Origin: Leucoraja erinacea | Lineage: Eukaryota | NCBI RefSeq assembly: GCF_028641065.1 | Contig: NC_073396.1 | Location: forward strand, 10,664,001 to 10,728,000 | DNA: 64,000 nt | Direction of reading: 5' to 3' | In this document: one piece after another, positions 12,449 through 24,039 of the stretch | How positions within the stretch are numbered: the stretch's first letter is position 1 | How the letters are laid out: each line of letters starts with the position of its first letter | Translations under genes and position numbers: made by a program | The notes under the pieces: model-generated | The model's database searches: none | What the model was told of the DNA's origin: nothing | What the model saw: only the letters and a program-made list of their open reading frames with translations

Positions 12449-13281
12449 CTGTGTGCAGAAGTCGAAATATGTCCTTATTTTTTTCATTTTATCGATGACA
12501 ATTAACTCCCAGAAGAAAATGGGAGTGGCTCTTCTAATGTTTCATTGGAAAAATACGTACTCAATGTGTAACATTTGGGAACTAGGTGGGATAGGTGCCT
12601 TGATCAGCCTGAAGAGTTAGCCAGCCTCAGCCAGAGTGACAATAAGGTTGTTACAATAGTGCTCAGCACAGCTGGTGTAAGAAATCAATGTAAAATCCTA
12701 CTTTTAGTTGCTCTATGTTCTTGAAAAGGCTAAGCTCAAGATGAAGATCAGCCTCAGAATTATGGCTGAGAGTGAGGGGATGTGCTTTAACTTTAACATT
12801 GAAGTAAAGGTCAACCCAACAAATGTAGCAATAGGAAATTAGAAGAAGCTCATTTAATGACATCATCTAAAAGGAAGCACAAGCAATGGCTGACTCTTAC
12901 CAGGTCCTAAAAGTATGTATAATAATTCACACTCTGAACCTGAACCAACACTGATCAAGTTAACTTGTGTGACCCATGACCTGTTCTAATCTTAGTTATG
13001 TGAAGAAATGATGCAGCCATTAGTTTAATATTATAGTGGAGAGAATGCAAACAAGCACTTCAATGCAACATCACTATTGACCAGGTTAGTAAAAGAGGAA
13101 CAGGTACATGGATAAGAAAGGTGTAGAGGTATAATGAGCCAATCTACTGGGATTAGCATTACGGTCGGCATAGGTGAGGTGCACCGAAGTGCCCACTTCA
13201 GTCTAAGGTTCTATTTAATTTGGTTTAATAGATGATTTGCTACAAATGTAACAATTACACAACTCAAAGTATGAAAAATAC

Positions 13282-13427
13282 CTGGTTTTGAGCTGTGATC
13301 CACAAAGGAAGTACTCCATTATCCCACCATGATGTCTTCCCTAATGTAATTTTATGAGGTAGTTTAAGCATAGTTTTTGTGTTGTAAAACATATTGTGAA
13401 CAACTCCATGATCTTCAATCCACCGCC
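13282..13427 (-). CDS. ENPP7: ENPP7 coding exon 2
   Basis: AG/GT bounded, 146 bp. (G)RWIEDHGVVHNMFYNTKTMLKLPHKITLGKTSWWDNGVLPLWITAQNQ; phases fit exons 1 and 3. Not in the supplied ORF track. Confidence 0.95.
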
Positions 13428-13670
13428 CTGTGAAAGGAAACAAATATTACTTCATGGACGGAGAGCGGGAAACACAAAGAATGTTTGCAACTGCAGTTGA
13501 ATTATTTGTAGAGTTCCTGGAATTTTAGAATAGATCTTCAGGTTTACAGATACATTTGTGAAACTTACAATAAAAAGTTGTTATTCTCATTTGGGTTTCA
13601 ATGAAATAATGGTAATCTGCCAGCTATGTACTTGTTGTACCTCGACTAGAAACTTAAAAAAAGTTCCTTA

Positions 13671-13864
13671 TGCCCAGGAGACCTGGACGGAAATCTCTGG
13701 AGACTTTGCGCCCCAGCCAAGGTTTCCGTGCGGTTCCCGGAGGTTGCAGGTGGTTGCAGGTAGTAGAAGCAGGGAGGGAGACTGACAAAAACCTCCGGGA
13801 ACCTTGGGTGGGGCGCAAAGTCTCCAAAGGTTTCCGTTCAGGTTTCCTAAGTGGGACAGGGGCA
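13671..13864. mobile_element. Non-autonomous Harbinger-type MITE in ENPP7 intron 1
   Basis: ~60-bp imperfect TIRs. The right end is aagtgggacaggggca (same TIR type as 2088-2395) and the left TIR lacks 11 bp. Flanks are TTA/TAA. Confidence 0.7.
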
Positions 13865-14220
13865 TAAATCAGACTAAACAAAGTGAATTTGATTAAGGGG
13901 AACAATGAGCAAAAATCAGGTCAATTATTCTATAACAAAATCTTCTTTATTTTAAGGAATCCATTCCTGTGTTTCACAACCATAGTAATAAAGGAAAGTG
14001 CTGACAGACCATTTGGCTTGCTCTGAAGGGCACTTGATAAAATATACCCTTTAATCCCATTTTACTGCCTGGAGATCAGAGATTAAAAGCATGATACTTG
14101 TTCACCTAACTTGAGCTGTTAAAAAAAAAGATGATTAGACCATTTTATATTTTGGTAGGAGGGTATTATCTCTGGAGAAAAGGAATAGGTGACGTTTCGG
14201 ATCTAGGCCCTTCTTCAGAA

Positions 14221-14523
14221 CAAGGGGTCACAGTTTAAGAATAAGGGGGAAATCCTTTAGGGCCGAGATGAGGAAAACATTTTTCACACAGAGTGGTGAA
14301 TCTCTGGAATTCCTTGCCACAGAAGGTAGTTGAGGCCAGTTCATTGGCTATATTTAAGAGGGAGTTAGATGTGGCCCTTGTGGCTAAAGGGATCAGGGGG
14401 TATGGAGAGAAGGCAGGTACAGGATACTGAGTTGGATGATCAGCCATGATCATATTGAATGGCGGTGTAGGCTCGAAGGGCCGAATGGCCTACTCCTGCA
14501 CCTATTTTCTATGTTTCTATGTT
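14221..14523 (+). mobile_element. Young CR1 3' fragment inserted into a Penelope-derived palindromic repeat
   Basis: Nearly identical to ~34265-34567; ends in the ttttctatgtttctatgtt tail. Confidence 0.9.
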
Positions 14524-15034
14524 CAGACTCTCGACCCGAAACGTCACTTGTTCCTTTTCACCAGAGATGCTGCCTGACCAGTTGAGTTACTCCAGCTTTT
14601 TGTGTCTATCTTTGAGTTTATTGCCATATGCACAAGTATGCTGAGGCACAGGTACATTGAAAATCTTGCTCGCAGCAGCATTGCAGGCATATGGACAAAT
14701 GCAACGCACAAAAAGATAAACTCTGCAAGATTGTAAAAAGACAGCAAAATCAAGCCATTAGTGCAAAACAAAATTAGAAATCAAGTACATGCTAAACCAA
14801 GTGATGGACCATAGTGTTCCATTGCCGAGTAGGAATAGGTTGTGCATTTTGGTTCAAGAAGCTGAGTTGTAGGAAAGTAGCTGTTCTTGCATTCTGATAC
14901 ATAACTGCTACCAATTAATCTCATTGTAATATATTTCATTCTAAATTGTGTCCACATTCCGTCATGAATAAAACAGTAAATTAGCCACATTGAACAAATT
15001 CATTTAACATTGTAACTTTACTCTGAAATCCCAC

Positions 15035-15302
15035 CTGTGATGGTTGTAAAATGAGATGGCGATGTCATGGTTACAAAAGGTGGGTTAATATATTTTGCCT
15101 TTACTCCCGTTGTTACCAAATAGTCCAGGTGTGGTGTCTCGACGTCCTGATCGTAATCCCAGCGAAATCCATCAAAAGAAATCAACAAGAGTTTATTTGG
15201 CTTCTTGCTGCTGTGGGTCTGTTGGATTGGCACACATATCACCACTGCTACCAAAACCGATGTCGCTGCTATGAAAATTAGAATCTTCATATCACTTCCC
15301 AT
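15035..15302 (-). CDS. ENPP7: ENPP7 coding exon 1 (signal peptide, catalytic Thr motif)
   Basis: MGSDMKILIFIAATSVLVAVVIC hydrophobic leader; KLLLISFDGFRWDY; PPFVTMTSPSHFTTITG (ENPP7-type TMTSP active site); GT donor at 15033-15034. The start could be the ATG at 15302 or 15290. Spliced CDS is ~471 aa. Confidence 0.95.
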
Positions 15303-15394
15303 GTTGAGTTAATCCAGATGAAGTTGTTCAGCGACGAAAGGGAACGACAAAATGAAAGGTGGCAACTTTAATCAGCACTTTTCTGAGTGTTGAT

Positions 15395-15485
15395 TGCTTG
15401 CGTGTATCTTTTATCTTGATCTAAAAAGACAAAGGTCGTTTGGTTTTATATTCTGAGTCAACACATTTCTCTGATAATTACCCAG
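15395..15485 (-). promoter_or_regulatory. Putative ENPP7 core promoter
   Basis: TATAAAA on the minus strand at 15444-15450, GATA-type sites (ttttatct ~15409, ctgataa 15471) and TGAGTCA at 15454-15460. Motif matches only. Confidence 0.35.
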
Positions 15486-18004
15486 ACAAATTGTACTCTA
15501 TTAAAACATTTCCCGACTTTTGACACACAGTACTAAGTAGTTAAACCTGTATTAAAGGGAAATTATAAACCAGAGTTGCAAGGGGTGTAAAGGGTTTTCT
15601 CTTGGTAATTTCCATACAGTTGTTGAACAGATCAGTGAGAAATTGTTCCCACAGCCTATTAATTTAAGGCAATTCATAACCTATTAATTCTCAAAAAAAT
15701 AGTAGCTATGATCGCTGCAACTAAATATATACGCTATGATTCCGATAGCTGCAACTAAAGCCATTTGATAAATGGATTGCAATCATGGACCATGCAGTAA
15801 ATTATGACACCAACGCTAATCTAATTTCACAGTGCCATTTTGAAATTCTGCATTCTAACCTGGTGCTTGCTTAATCTCTCGGAGCAAGACATGACAATAA
15901 TGCCTGAAGGATTTTTCTGCTGGAGCTATGCAATGTGATAAAAAAAAAATTACAAGTTAGCTTCAGGCTGCCTCCCAATGTTGTCAATGTTAGTTGCTGT
16001 GGTTCTCTGTGATCAGTGGGCTATTGAAAGACATTTGCTGATACAAAACATTGTTATTTTGGCTTCTAGTTATCCCTCAGGTTGGATAGGCTGATGGAGC
16101 TTCCTTTAGCATTTTCTGTGACTGCAAAATGATGGGAGTTGCTGTAGAAAAGGGAGGAGAAAACATGAGTGAAGAGCTCTCAGAAGTCTAACATGCTTTA
16201 AGGAATATTTATCTCACTTCAACAGGAACTGCGGTTCATGGTCTTTGCTTTACAAATGACTGAAAAACAGTGGCCACAACTGCAACATCAGAGCAGGGCA
16301 AGGATCATAATGTTTTTGGGTTTCAAGCTCCGAGCTCCACTTAAGGACTGGGCTAGTACTGGCTTTGACGCTCTTTTTAAACTGTTTTTCCCTCTGATTC
16401 GCCTTCTTTCCCACGAGCATTCGGGTGTAGGTACCATCGAGAGACTTGGAGAGTCCATGCCTCACACCCATACACAACAGCATTGTGTAAATAGGGTTCA
16501 GGCTAGCTTGGTGACTCAAGGTGTCAGTTGAACCTCTTATTTACAGGTAATGACTACCTCATTTGGCAATTGGATGGTTCACAAGGAGCAATAAGAGAAG
16601 CTCTCCAAAGCCCCCAAAAAGGAGTATTGTAGGAGTATTATAAAGAAGAAGCTTAGAAAACAACATGTAATTATGGCAGCGACCAAAGGGACCTAATTAT
16701 AGATACAAAATGCTGGAGTTACTCAGCGGGAAAGGCAGCATCTCTGGAGAGAAGGAATGGGTGACGTTTTGGGTCGAGACCCTTCCTCTGACCTGAAGAG
16801 ATGCTGCCTGTCCCGCCGGGTATTTTGTGTCTATCTTTGGAGTAAATCCATTCCTCCTTACACATGAGGACCTTCCAGTTAATTTCAGCTAAATAGTTGA
16901 AAAATCAAGAAGTTTATATCCTTCCCTACTGCACATTAAGCATAATAGCCTAGTGGGCCACATTGCAAGATATGAGACACATTGAGAAAGAGCTAGGCTG
17001 TAAATGTGGGCCTTAGACATGGGGTGGAGATTGCGAGTATGGTTCTTAGGTAAGCCATCAATTATTTCCAACAAAAGAAGAACCATTTTTTGTGCAACAC
17101 TGATACATTGGAGCTATAAGAGAGGTTGGGCAAACAACAGATACAAGTAGCCACAATGAACGTAGCTTAATCTGGGCCGAGTGCCAATGTGATTTCATCA
17201 TCTATAACCCCGAAGGGGGATCCTTTCGGAAATTGATGTTAATCTGAGTTGCATGAATGATATTTATAATAGCAGCCATTGGAATACTGCCAAATGACGC
17301 GAGGAGTTTGTCTATTTGGCATCCAACGAATGATAGGAAGCTGCCAAAAATACATCAGATCTAATTTTAATCATTTTCTTACTTGATTGTGTTATCTGAT
17401 CCATCCACATGGTCCAATCGTTAAGCAGAACATTTTTAATTAAAATGATAAAATGATACTGCTTCAATTTTGATTGAGAGAGTATTCCCTATATTATAGG
17501 AATGTACTATAGTTTTTGGAATTCTAGGAACAAACACAAGAGTATTCTAAACATGCCACTCAATGTAAACACCTAGTTTACAGCTAGATCAGTGAAATTA
17601 CTCTATTTCCGTGTTCAGCCCATGATGAAATGAGTTGCCCATCTTGCCATTCTTGTACCTATTGCAATGTCTATAAAAAATAAAGTCTTGCTTTGTTGCT
17701 TGTTTGTATTTTTGTTCCTGCTTCAATAAGTTACACAAATAAGTTATTTTGGAGAACCCTTTAGCTGTATTATTGACCAACATGTGCTTTGTGTGTTTTG
17801 CTAATCTTTCATTAATGTAATCCATGAATTGTAGCCTGCACCACCTACCAGATCGTCATTTGTGTGATGACTAGTCAATGCTGATCAACAGTCCCAAATC
17901 TGGACCTGTGCAATGTGATCAACAGCCCAATACATAATATCCTGGATGCATGAACATTTGATTATTCATTTATTGCCCAAAAACATAGACTCCATCAGAT
18001 ATCA

Positions 18005-18261
18005 CTGACTCCCCCCTCTTTTTCTCCCCCTCCTCCCTCAAACACCGTCCCTCCCCTAAACCCCCCTCCCCTCCACACACCCCTACCACCTTCCCTCCCC
18101 CTCCCTGCTCCCCACCTCTCCCCCCCGCCCCTTATCTCACCCCCCTCTCAGCACTCCCTCTCTCCTCCCCCCCCCCCCCCTTTTGCTGCATGCCGCCTCC
18201 CCCCCCCCCCCCACAACCGCACGTTGGGGGAACAGACCCAACGGGTCTGCACTTGGTCTAG
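18005..18261 (+). mobile_element. Helitron-like 3' end with C-rich body
   Basis: GC hairpin cagaccc-aac-gggtctg (18233-18249) 8 nt upstream of a terminal CTAG (18258-18261), the canonical Helitron 3' signature. The 5' boundary is uncertain. Confidence 0.65.
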
Positions 18262-18283
18262 AATATATATATATATATATATA

Positions 18284-19894
18284 TAGTGGCTTGCAAAAGT
18301 ATTCATACCCCTTGAACTTTTCCACATTTTGTCACGTTACCACCACAAACGTAAATGTATTTTATTGGGATTTTATGTGATAGACCAACACAAAGTGGTG
18401 CATAATTGTGAAGTGGAAGGAAAATGATACATGGTTTTCAAATTTTTTTACAAATGAAAAACTGAAAAGTGTGGCGTGCAAATGTATTCAGCCCCACTGA
18501 GTCAATACTTTGTAGAACCACCTTTCGCTGCAATTACAGCTGCAAGTCTTTTGGGGTATGTCTCTACCAGCTTTGCACATCTAGAGACTGACATTTTTGC
18601 CCATTCTTCTTTGCAAAATAGCTCAAGCTCAGTCAGATTGGATGGAGAGCATCTGTGAACAGCAATTTACAAGTCTTGCCAGAGATTCTCAATTGGATTT
18701 AGGTCTGGACTTTGACTGGGCCATTCTAACACATGAATATGCTTTGATCTAAACCATTCCATTGTAGCTCTGGCTGTATATTTAGGGTCGTTGTCCTGCT
18801 GGAAGGTGAACCTCCGCCCCAGTCTCAAGTCTTTTGCAGACTCTAACAGGTTTTCTTCCAAGATTGCCCTGTATTTGGCTCCATCCATCTTCCCATCAAC
18901 TCTGACCAGCTTCCCTGTCCCTGCTGAAGAAAAGCATCCCCACAGCATGATGCTGCCACCACCATGTTTCATAGTGGGGATGGTGTGTTCAGGGTGATGT
19001 GCAGTGTTAGTTTTCCGCCACACATAGCGTTTTGCATTTAGGCCAAAAACTTCAATTTTGGTCTCATCTGACCTGAGCACCTTCCTCCACATGTTTGCTG
19101 TGTCCCCCACATGGCTTGTGGCAAACTGCAAACGGGACTTCTTATGGCTTTTTTTCAACAATGGCTTTCTTCTTGCCACTCTTCCATAAAGGCCCGATTT
19201 GTGGAGTGCACGACTAATAGTTGTCCTGTGGACAGATTCTCCCACCTGAGCTGTGGATCTCTGCAGCTCTTCCAGAGTTACCATGGGCTTCTTGGCTGCT
19301 TCTCTGATCAATGCTCTCCTTGCCCAGCCTGTCAGTTTAGGTGGACGACCATGTCTTGGATGTTTGCAGTTGTGCCATACTCTTTCCATTTTCGGATGAT
19401 GAACAGTGCTCCGTGAGATGTTCAAAGCTTGGGATATTTTTTTATAACCTAACCCTGCTTTAAACTTCTCCACAACTTTATCCCTGACCTGTCTGGTGTG
19501 TTCCTTGGGCTTCATGATGCTGTTTGTTCACTAATGTTCTCTAACAAACCTCTGAGACCTTCACAGAACAGCTGTATTTATACTGAGATTACATTACACA
19601 CAAGTGGACTCTATTTACTAATTAGGTGACTTCTGAAGGCAATTGGTTGCACTGGATTTTATTTAGGGGTATCAGAGTAAAGGGGGCTGAATACTTTTGC
19701 ATGCCACACTTTTCAGTTTTTTATTTCTAAAAAAATTTGAAAACCATGTATCATTTTCCTTCCACTTCACAATTATGCGCCACTTTGTGTTGGTCTATCA
19801 CATAACATCCCAATAAAATACATTTACGTTTGTAGTTGTAACGTGACAAAATGTGGAAAAGTTCAAGGGGTATGAATACTTTTGCAAGCCACTG
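18284..19894 (-). mobile_element. Tc1/mariner DNA transposon, Passport-like IR/DR type
   Basis: ~210-bp TIRs ((c/t)agtggcttgcaaaagtattcataccccttgaac...) at 18284-~18497 and ~19681-19894, TA flanks, and internal direct repeats (gtattcataccc / gtattcagcccc). Confidence 0.95.
18502..19515 (-). pseudogene. Tc1 DD34E transposase, inactivated
   Basis: MKPKEHTRQVRDKVVEKFKAGLGYKKIS..GRPPKL..SDETK..QQDNDP-(34)-PIENLW. Compensating frameshifts ~19400/19360 and a premature TAA at 18667-18669; the frame continues to ...AAKGGSTKY* at 18502. Confidence 0.93.
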
Positions 19895-21269
19895 TATATA
19901 CACACATGTTACGTATATATGATAAAGCTATCATTTAGGTGCAGGACCTGGTCATTATTTCATACAAGTACACATTTTCACCCATTTAGCCACTAATTGA
20001 TAACAGAGCTCTGGATTTTCCAGTCAACCTCAGTAAATGGGAGAGGACAGGAAGGGTAAGCCAGCAGGAGAGGGAGCATGTTCTTGCCTTACTGATTCTG
20101 AGCTCAACATACAACAGCATGTCCTCCATACGAAGAGGTTCCAGGCGAATCTCCTGAGACAAAATGCCAAAAACCATTTGGTGGATTGTCTAGTCTGCCT
20201 GATAGAATGAGAGGAAAAGGTGCATGGGGAAATCCATCTCTTTCCACTTGCTGGACCTACTATTTAGTTTAGTTTCGAGATACAGCATAGAAACAGGTCC
20301 TTTGACCCACCGAATCCCAGGCCACTCCATTCAGAGCTCTGATTGTTATTATGTGAGAGTAGACTGATGTTATTCAAAATCAGAGGGATGGCAAACAAGC
20401 AATAGATGTTACTAAGATGTCTGCGTCATCCTAGACTAGAGGTGGACCTCGAGCAGAAAGCTTGCATCTGGATCAGAGACCTAATAACCAGGAGTATTCT
20501 ATTGCCATCAATGGGCTGATGCTACCATGCAGGAGTTGAACATTTATGTTGGTATGAATCTTGAAGCATTGAGGACAGCTATTTGATCCCAGTCACGGTA
20601 GAAGCACACTCCATTATTTGTGCAGTTCCAAGAGAGTTCTACCAGGATTGTGCAGTTTAAAAGTGCATTCATCGCTCAGGATATTGGCTTTCCTCTTTCC
20701 AACACTGCCATTACACAGGTGTCCCATTGCTAAATGCCCCAGACCTCAGCCCCTATCACTGCAGGAAAACACATAGGTGAACCATTCATGTCATCGTGTA
20801 GTCATCAGATTTCTTTTGTTATAATGCACTGACATTTATGTCTATTAAAATCTTTTGTTCAAAATGTTCCATCCATAGCAATTCAATGAAATGTGCAGAT
20901 GGCAGGATGATGGAGGCTTTGGAAAGGTGGAACATTGCATGATGCTCAGTCTGTTATGCAACCCTTTTGTTTGTTTATTGATTGACTGTTTTTGAAAGCA
21001 AACACCTCATCTGCGGTTTAATTTGCTGTAAATGCCAAAGTCATTGCACCTTTTCCCTTTAATGAGGAGATAAATCTTCTGTCGTTAAGTCTAATTTATT
21101 GACAGATATATATAAACTAATCAGTGTCAGGATGCTTTATAGTTGTCATTTATTTATTTTATCTTACACTCAGTCAATGTATTTTTTCCAGACCCTTACA
21201 TTTTCAAGAACTTGAACCTTTTGCAGCACTAGGAGGAAGTACATGAACTGATGTCTTTAATCAGACCTG

Positions 21270-21730
21270 ACCCATTAGTGAGTCTGGTCCACCCACGAGC
21301 ACAGAAAGGGACAACGGTTCTCTAGCCGATGCGAGGATCCGGACCAAGGCAACGTGTGGAAGCCCTGCAGGAGCATGGGGGCTCGACTGGATCAGGTGCT
21401 ACTCCAACAGACCGAGGGCACGGGCCGGACACGGTCTGCAATTACACAGAGCGGTGGACAATGCCTACAATTTGGCTTGGGCTGGCTGACCCTGCTGCAA
21501 CGCCAAGACAATGGGCCTTTATGGCCAGCTGCACTAATGCAACTTGGACTTTAAAAATGGCGCCAAAACCTGGTGGCTCTTGTATATTGTCCTGTGGACT
21601 CTTTCCATACACGTTGTACTTAATCTAGGGTTATGCTTATGTATAGTAGTACTCTGCTGAACTATATGCAAAACAAGAATTTCATTGCACCTCATTACAT
21701 GTGACAATAAAGAACACATTGAACCTTGAA
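21270..21730 (+). mobile_element. L2-tailed non-autonomous retroelement fragment
   Basis: GC-rich body followed by tttcattgcacctcattacatgtgacaataaag..ttgaaccttgaa, an L2-type 3' end. Confidence 0.45.
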
Positions 21731-22289
21731 GATAGACACAAAACGCCGGAGTAACTCAGCGGGACAGGCAGCATCTCTGCAGAGAAAGAATGGGTGACGT
21801 TTCGGGAAATTCCTTCGTGCACACATTGAACTTGGCTATTCGGACAGATGTCCCAATCTGCCATCTCTACCAACATGAAGGAGAAGGGCACAAAGTAGAT
21901 TAGGAAGACAACCATTTGCAGTTTCAAACTCCCAGTCAAACACCATCCTGCTTTGGAAACATGGCACTGATATATCATGATCTTTCAATTTAAATCCTGG
22001 AATTTCCTCCTCATCCGCACTGTGGGTGTACCAGAAGAACTACAGTAGTTTAAGAAGGGAGCTCACCTCCACCATCTCAAGGGGAAATATATGGGCAATA
22101 ATTAGTAGTCTTGCAAGTGACACTCAGATCCAGAAATATGATTCAAATAAATGCTTGGAGTTTTGAAAAATATGAATAATTGTGTAGATAAGTAGATTTT
22201 TTAAATAACATTAACAATTAGTTGAAATAAATTGCGAACATGTGAAGTACTTTTGGAGTCACAGTCCATTGAACCTTTGTTGCCCCTTT

Positions 22290-22763
22290 CTCGGCGGTTC
22301 TATTCGTTGTTCCGCAGGAAGTCAGCCGGTCAAACCAGCGAATGACTACAACTCCCAGAATGCGCCTGGCCCACGGCGCAAGCGCAGCAGTCGAATGTCC
22401 CCTCTGCCAACGGTGACCTTTGCACCTCGTCTCTCAGCCAATGAAAATGCGCAACTATTGCAGGTCCATAGTGACGGTAAAGTGGTGAGCCAATGGGAAA
22501 TGGCGATGCTGCCACCCCCCTGCGGTGAGTCAGAAGCTGGTTGCGGCCATCTCGCGTTGTCAGGGGCTGTGAAGGAGAAGTGGCGCTGGCCGCGGTGACC
22601 GGGTGATTGCGACTCTCAGCCGAACCGGCGCCCCCCCCTCCTCCTCCTCCCTGTCTTTCTCCTCCTCCTCCTTCTTCTTCTTCTACCCCCTCCCTCCCTC
22701 TTTCTCCCCTTCTCGCTTCGCTCTCAAGGCGTGGGCTGGGCTTTGCTGGGCGGACAACGAGAG
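22290..22763 (+). promoter_or_regulatory. GID4 CpG-island promoter / 5' UTR
   Basis: CpG-rich. gactacaactcccagaatgc (ZNF143/SBS-type, 22344-22363), gcgcaagcgc (NRF1-like, ~22376), two CCAAT boxes (~22438, ~22490), YY1-like aaatggcg (~22498) and gcggccatct (~22542), and a polypyrimidine tract at 22635-22715. Confidence 0.8.
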
Positions 22764-22919
22764 ATGCCGGTCCGCACCGAGGCGGCCTCGCTCATCCCGC
22801 CGCCTCCGATCAACACTCAGCAGCCCGGAGTCGCCACCACACTCCTGTACAGCGGCTCCAAGTTCAGGGGACACCAAAAAAGCAAAGGCAACTCCTACGA
22901 CGTGGAAGTGGTATTGCAG
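22764..22919 (+). CDS. GID4: GID4 coding exon 1
   Basis: [52 protein letters not shown] matches vertebrate GID4; GT donor at 22920. Confidence 0.95.
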
Positions 22920-23068
22920 GTAAAGTTGCACATGCTTCTAAGTCTTGCATGCTCGCACCTCGGAATGCACATCATTGACCAAACCTGTGTTATCGATGCC
23001 ATGAATATAGGCACAAAATGCTGGGAGTAACTCAGCGGGGCAGGCAGCACGTCCGGAGGGAAGGAATG

Positions 23069-23102
23069 GGTGACGTTTCGGGTCGAGACCCTTCTTCAGA
23101 CC
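23069..23102 (-). ncRNA. Minimal type-I hammerhead ribozyme motif (Penelope-associated)
   Basis: Minus strand: GGU-CUGAAGA-A-GGGUC-UC-GACCC-GAA-ACGU-C-ACC. It has the conserved core, helix II, a palindromic helix III and a GGU/ACC helix I. Confidence 0.65.
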
Positions 23103-24039
23103 AGTTTCTGCATTTCCTTCCTACACTCATCGCTGTCATGAACCCAAAAAAAAGGGATTGCGGAAACTATCCATTTCACGCCTATTTGCCGATCCGATAA
23201 ATGTCATTTCTCCCCGCACGTTGAAAGACCAAATTTAAGGGAAAGCCGGTTGGTGCATCAGGCAGTAGCAGTTGCGGAGAGATAAACTGTTAACGATTCG
23301 TGTCGTTTCTGCCCAGTCCCTCTTCGTTATCATCTTGATACAGGGTCATGACCCGACATTTAGTCGATCCTTCCACAAATGCTGCTTGACCAGCTGAGTT
23401 CCACCAACAGTTTGTTTTTACTTTCTGATTCTATTGATGGCTATTATATATCACTGAATACATTTCTAGGTGAAACAGCAATTCGCATTTGCTTCCAATC
23501 CAATGTAGTGCATTTGATGCACCTAAAATTATTTGTTCTTATTTCTGGAGAAATCGAATGCAGAAGGAACTTCCAGGTGCTTGTCTCTTTAATTTTCACC
23601 CCACTCCCTGTCCTGTCCTTGGCATCTTGCACTGATCTGACAAAACCCAACATATTCCAACCAGGCACGTTTACAGCCCGTAAAGCAAAATAGAATTCAA
23701 CAATTTTGGATAGCACTGTCGTTTCAGTCAGTATCAGAAGCTAAAACATTTAGATCATAAATGATAGGTGCACTGGGATTTGAAACAAATTGGTTGAGAA
23801 TTGCATTCATGAATATCTGAAATTGTCCTATAATAAGAGCAGAGGGTGATTAACAGTTATTCTTAAGATTGGAAACCTGTGTTAACAGTGTACCACTGTG
23901 TAGGAAAGAACTGCAGATGCTGGTTTAAATCGAAGGTAGACAAAAAAAAAACGCTGGAGTAACTCAGCGGGTCAAGCGGCATCTCTGGAGAGAAGGAATG
24001 GGTGATGTTTTGGGTCATGAGCTTTTTCAGACTGTACTA

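Noticed and set aside
17598-17825. 75-aa ORF / possible exon of a divergent gene such as ATPAF2
   Set aside because: No resemblance to ATPAF2 or any protein I recognise; the splice signals alone are unconvincing.
22242-22978. Several overlapping long ORFs at the GID4 5' end
   Set aside because: Expected from GC-rich, low-complexity CpG-island sequence; only the MPVRTE frame matches GID4.
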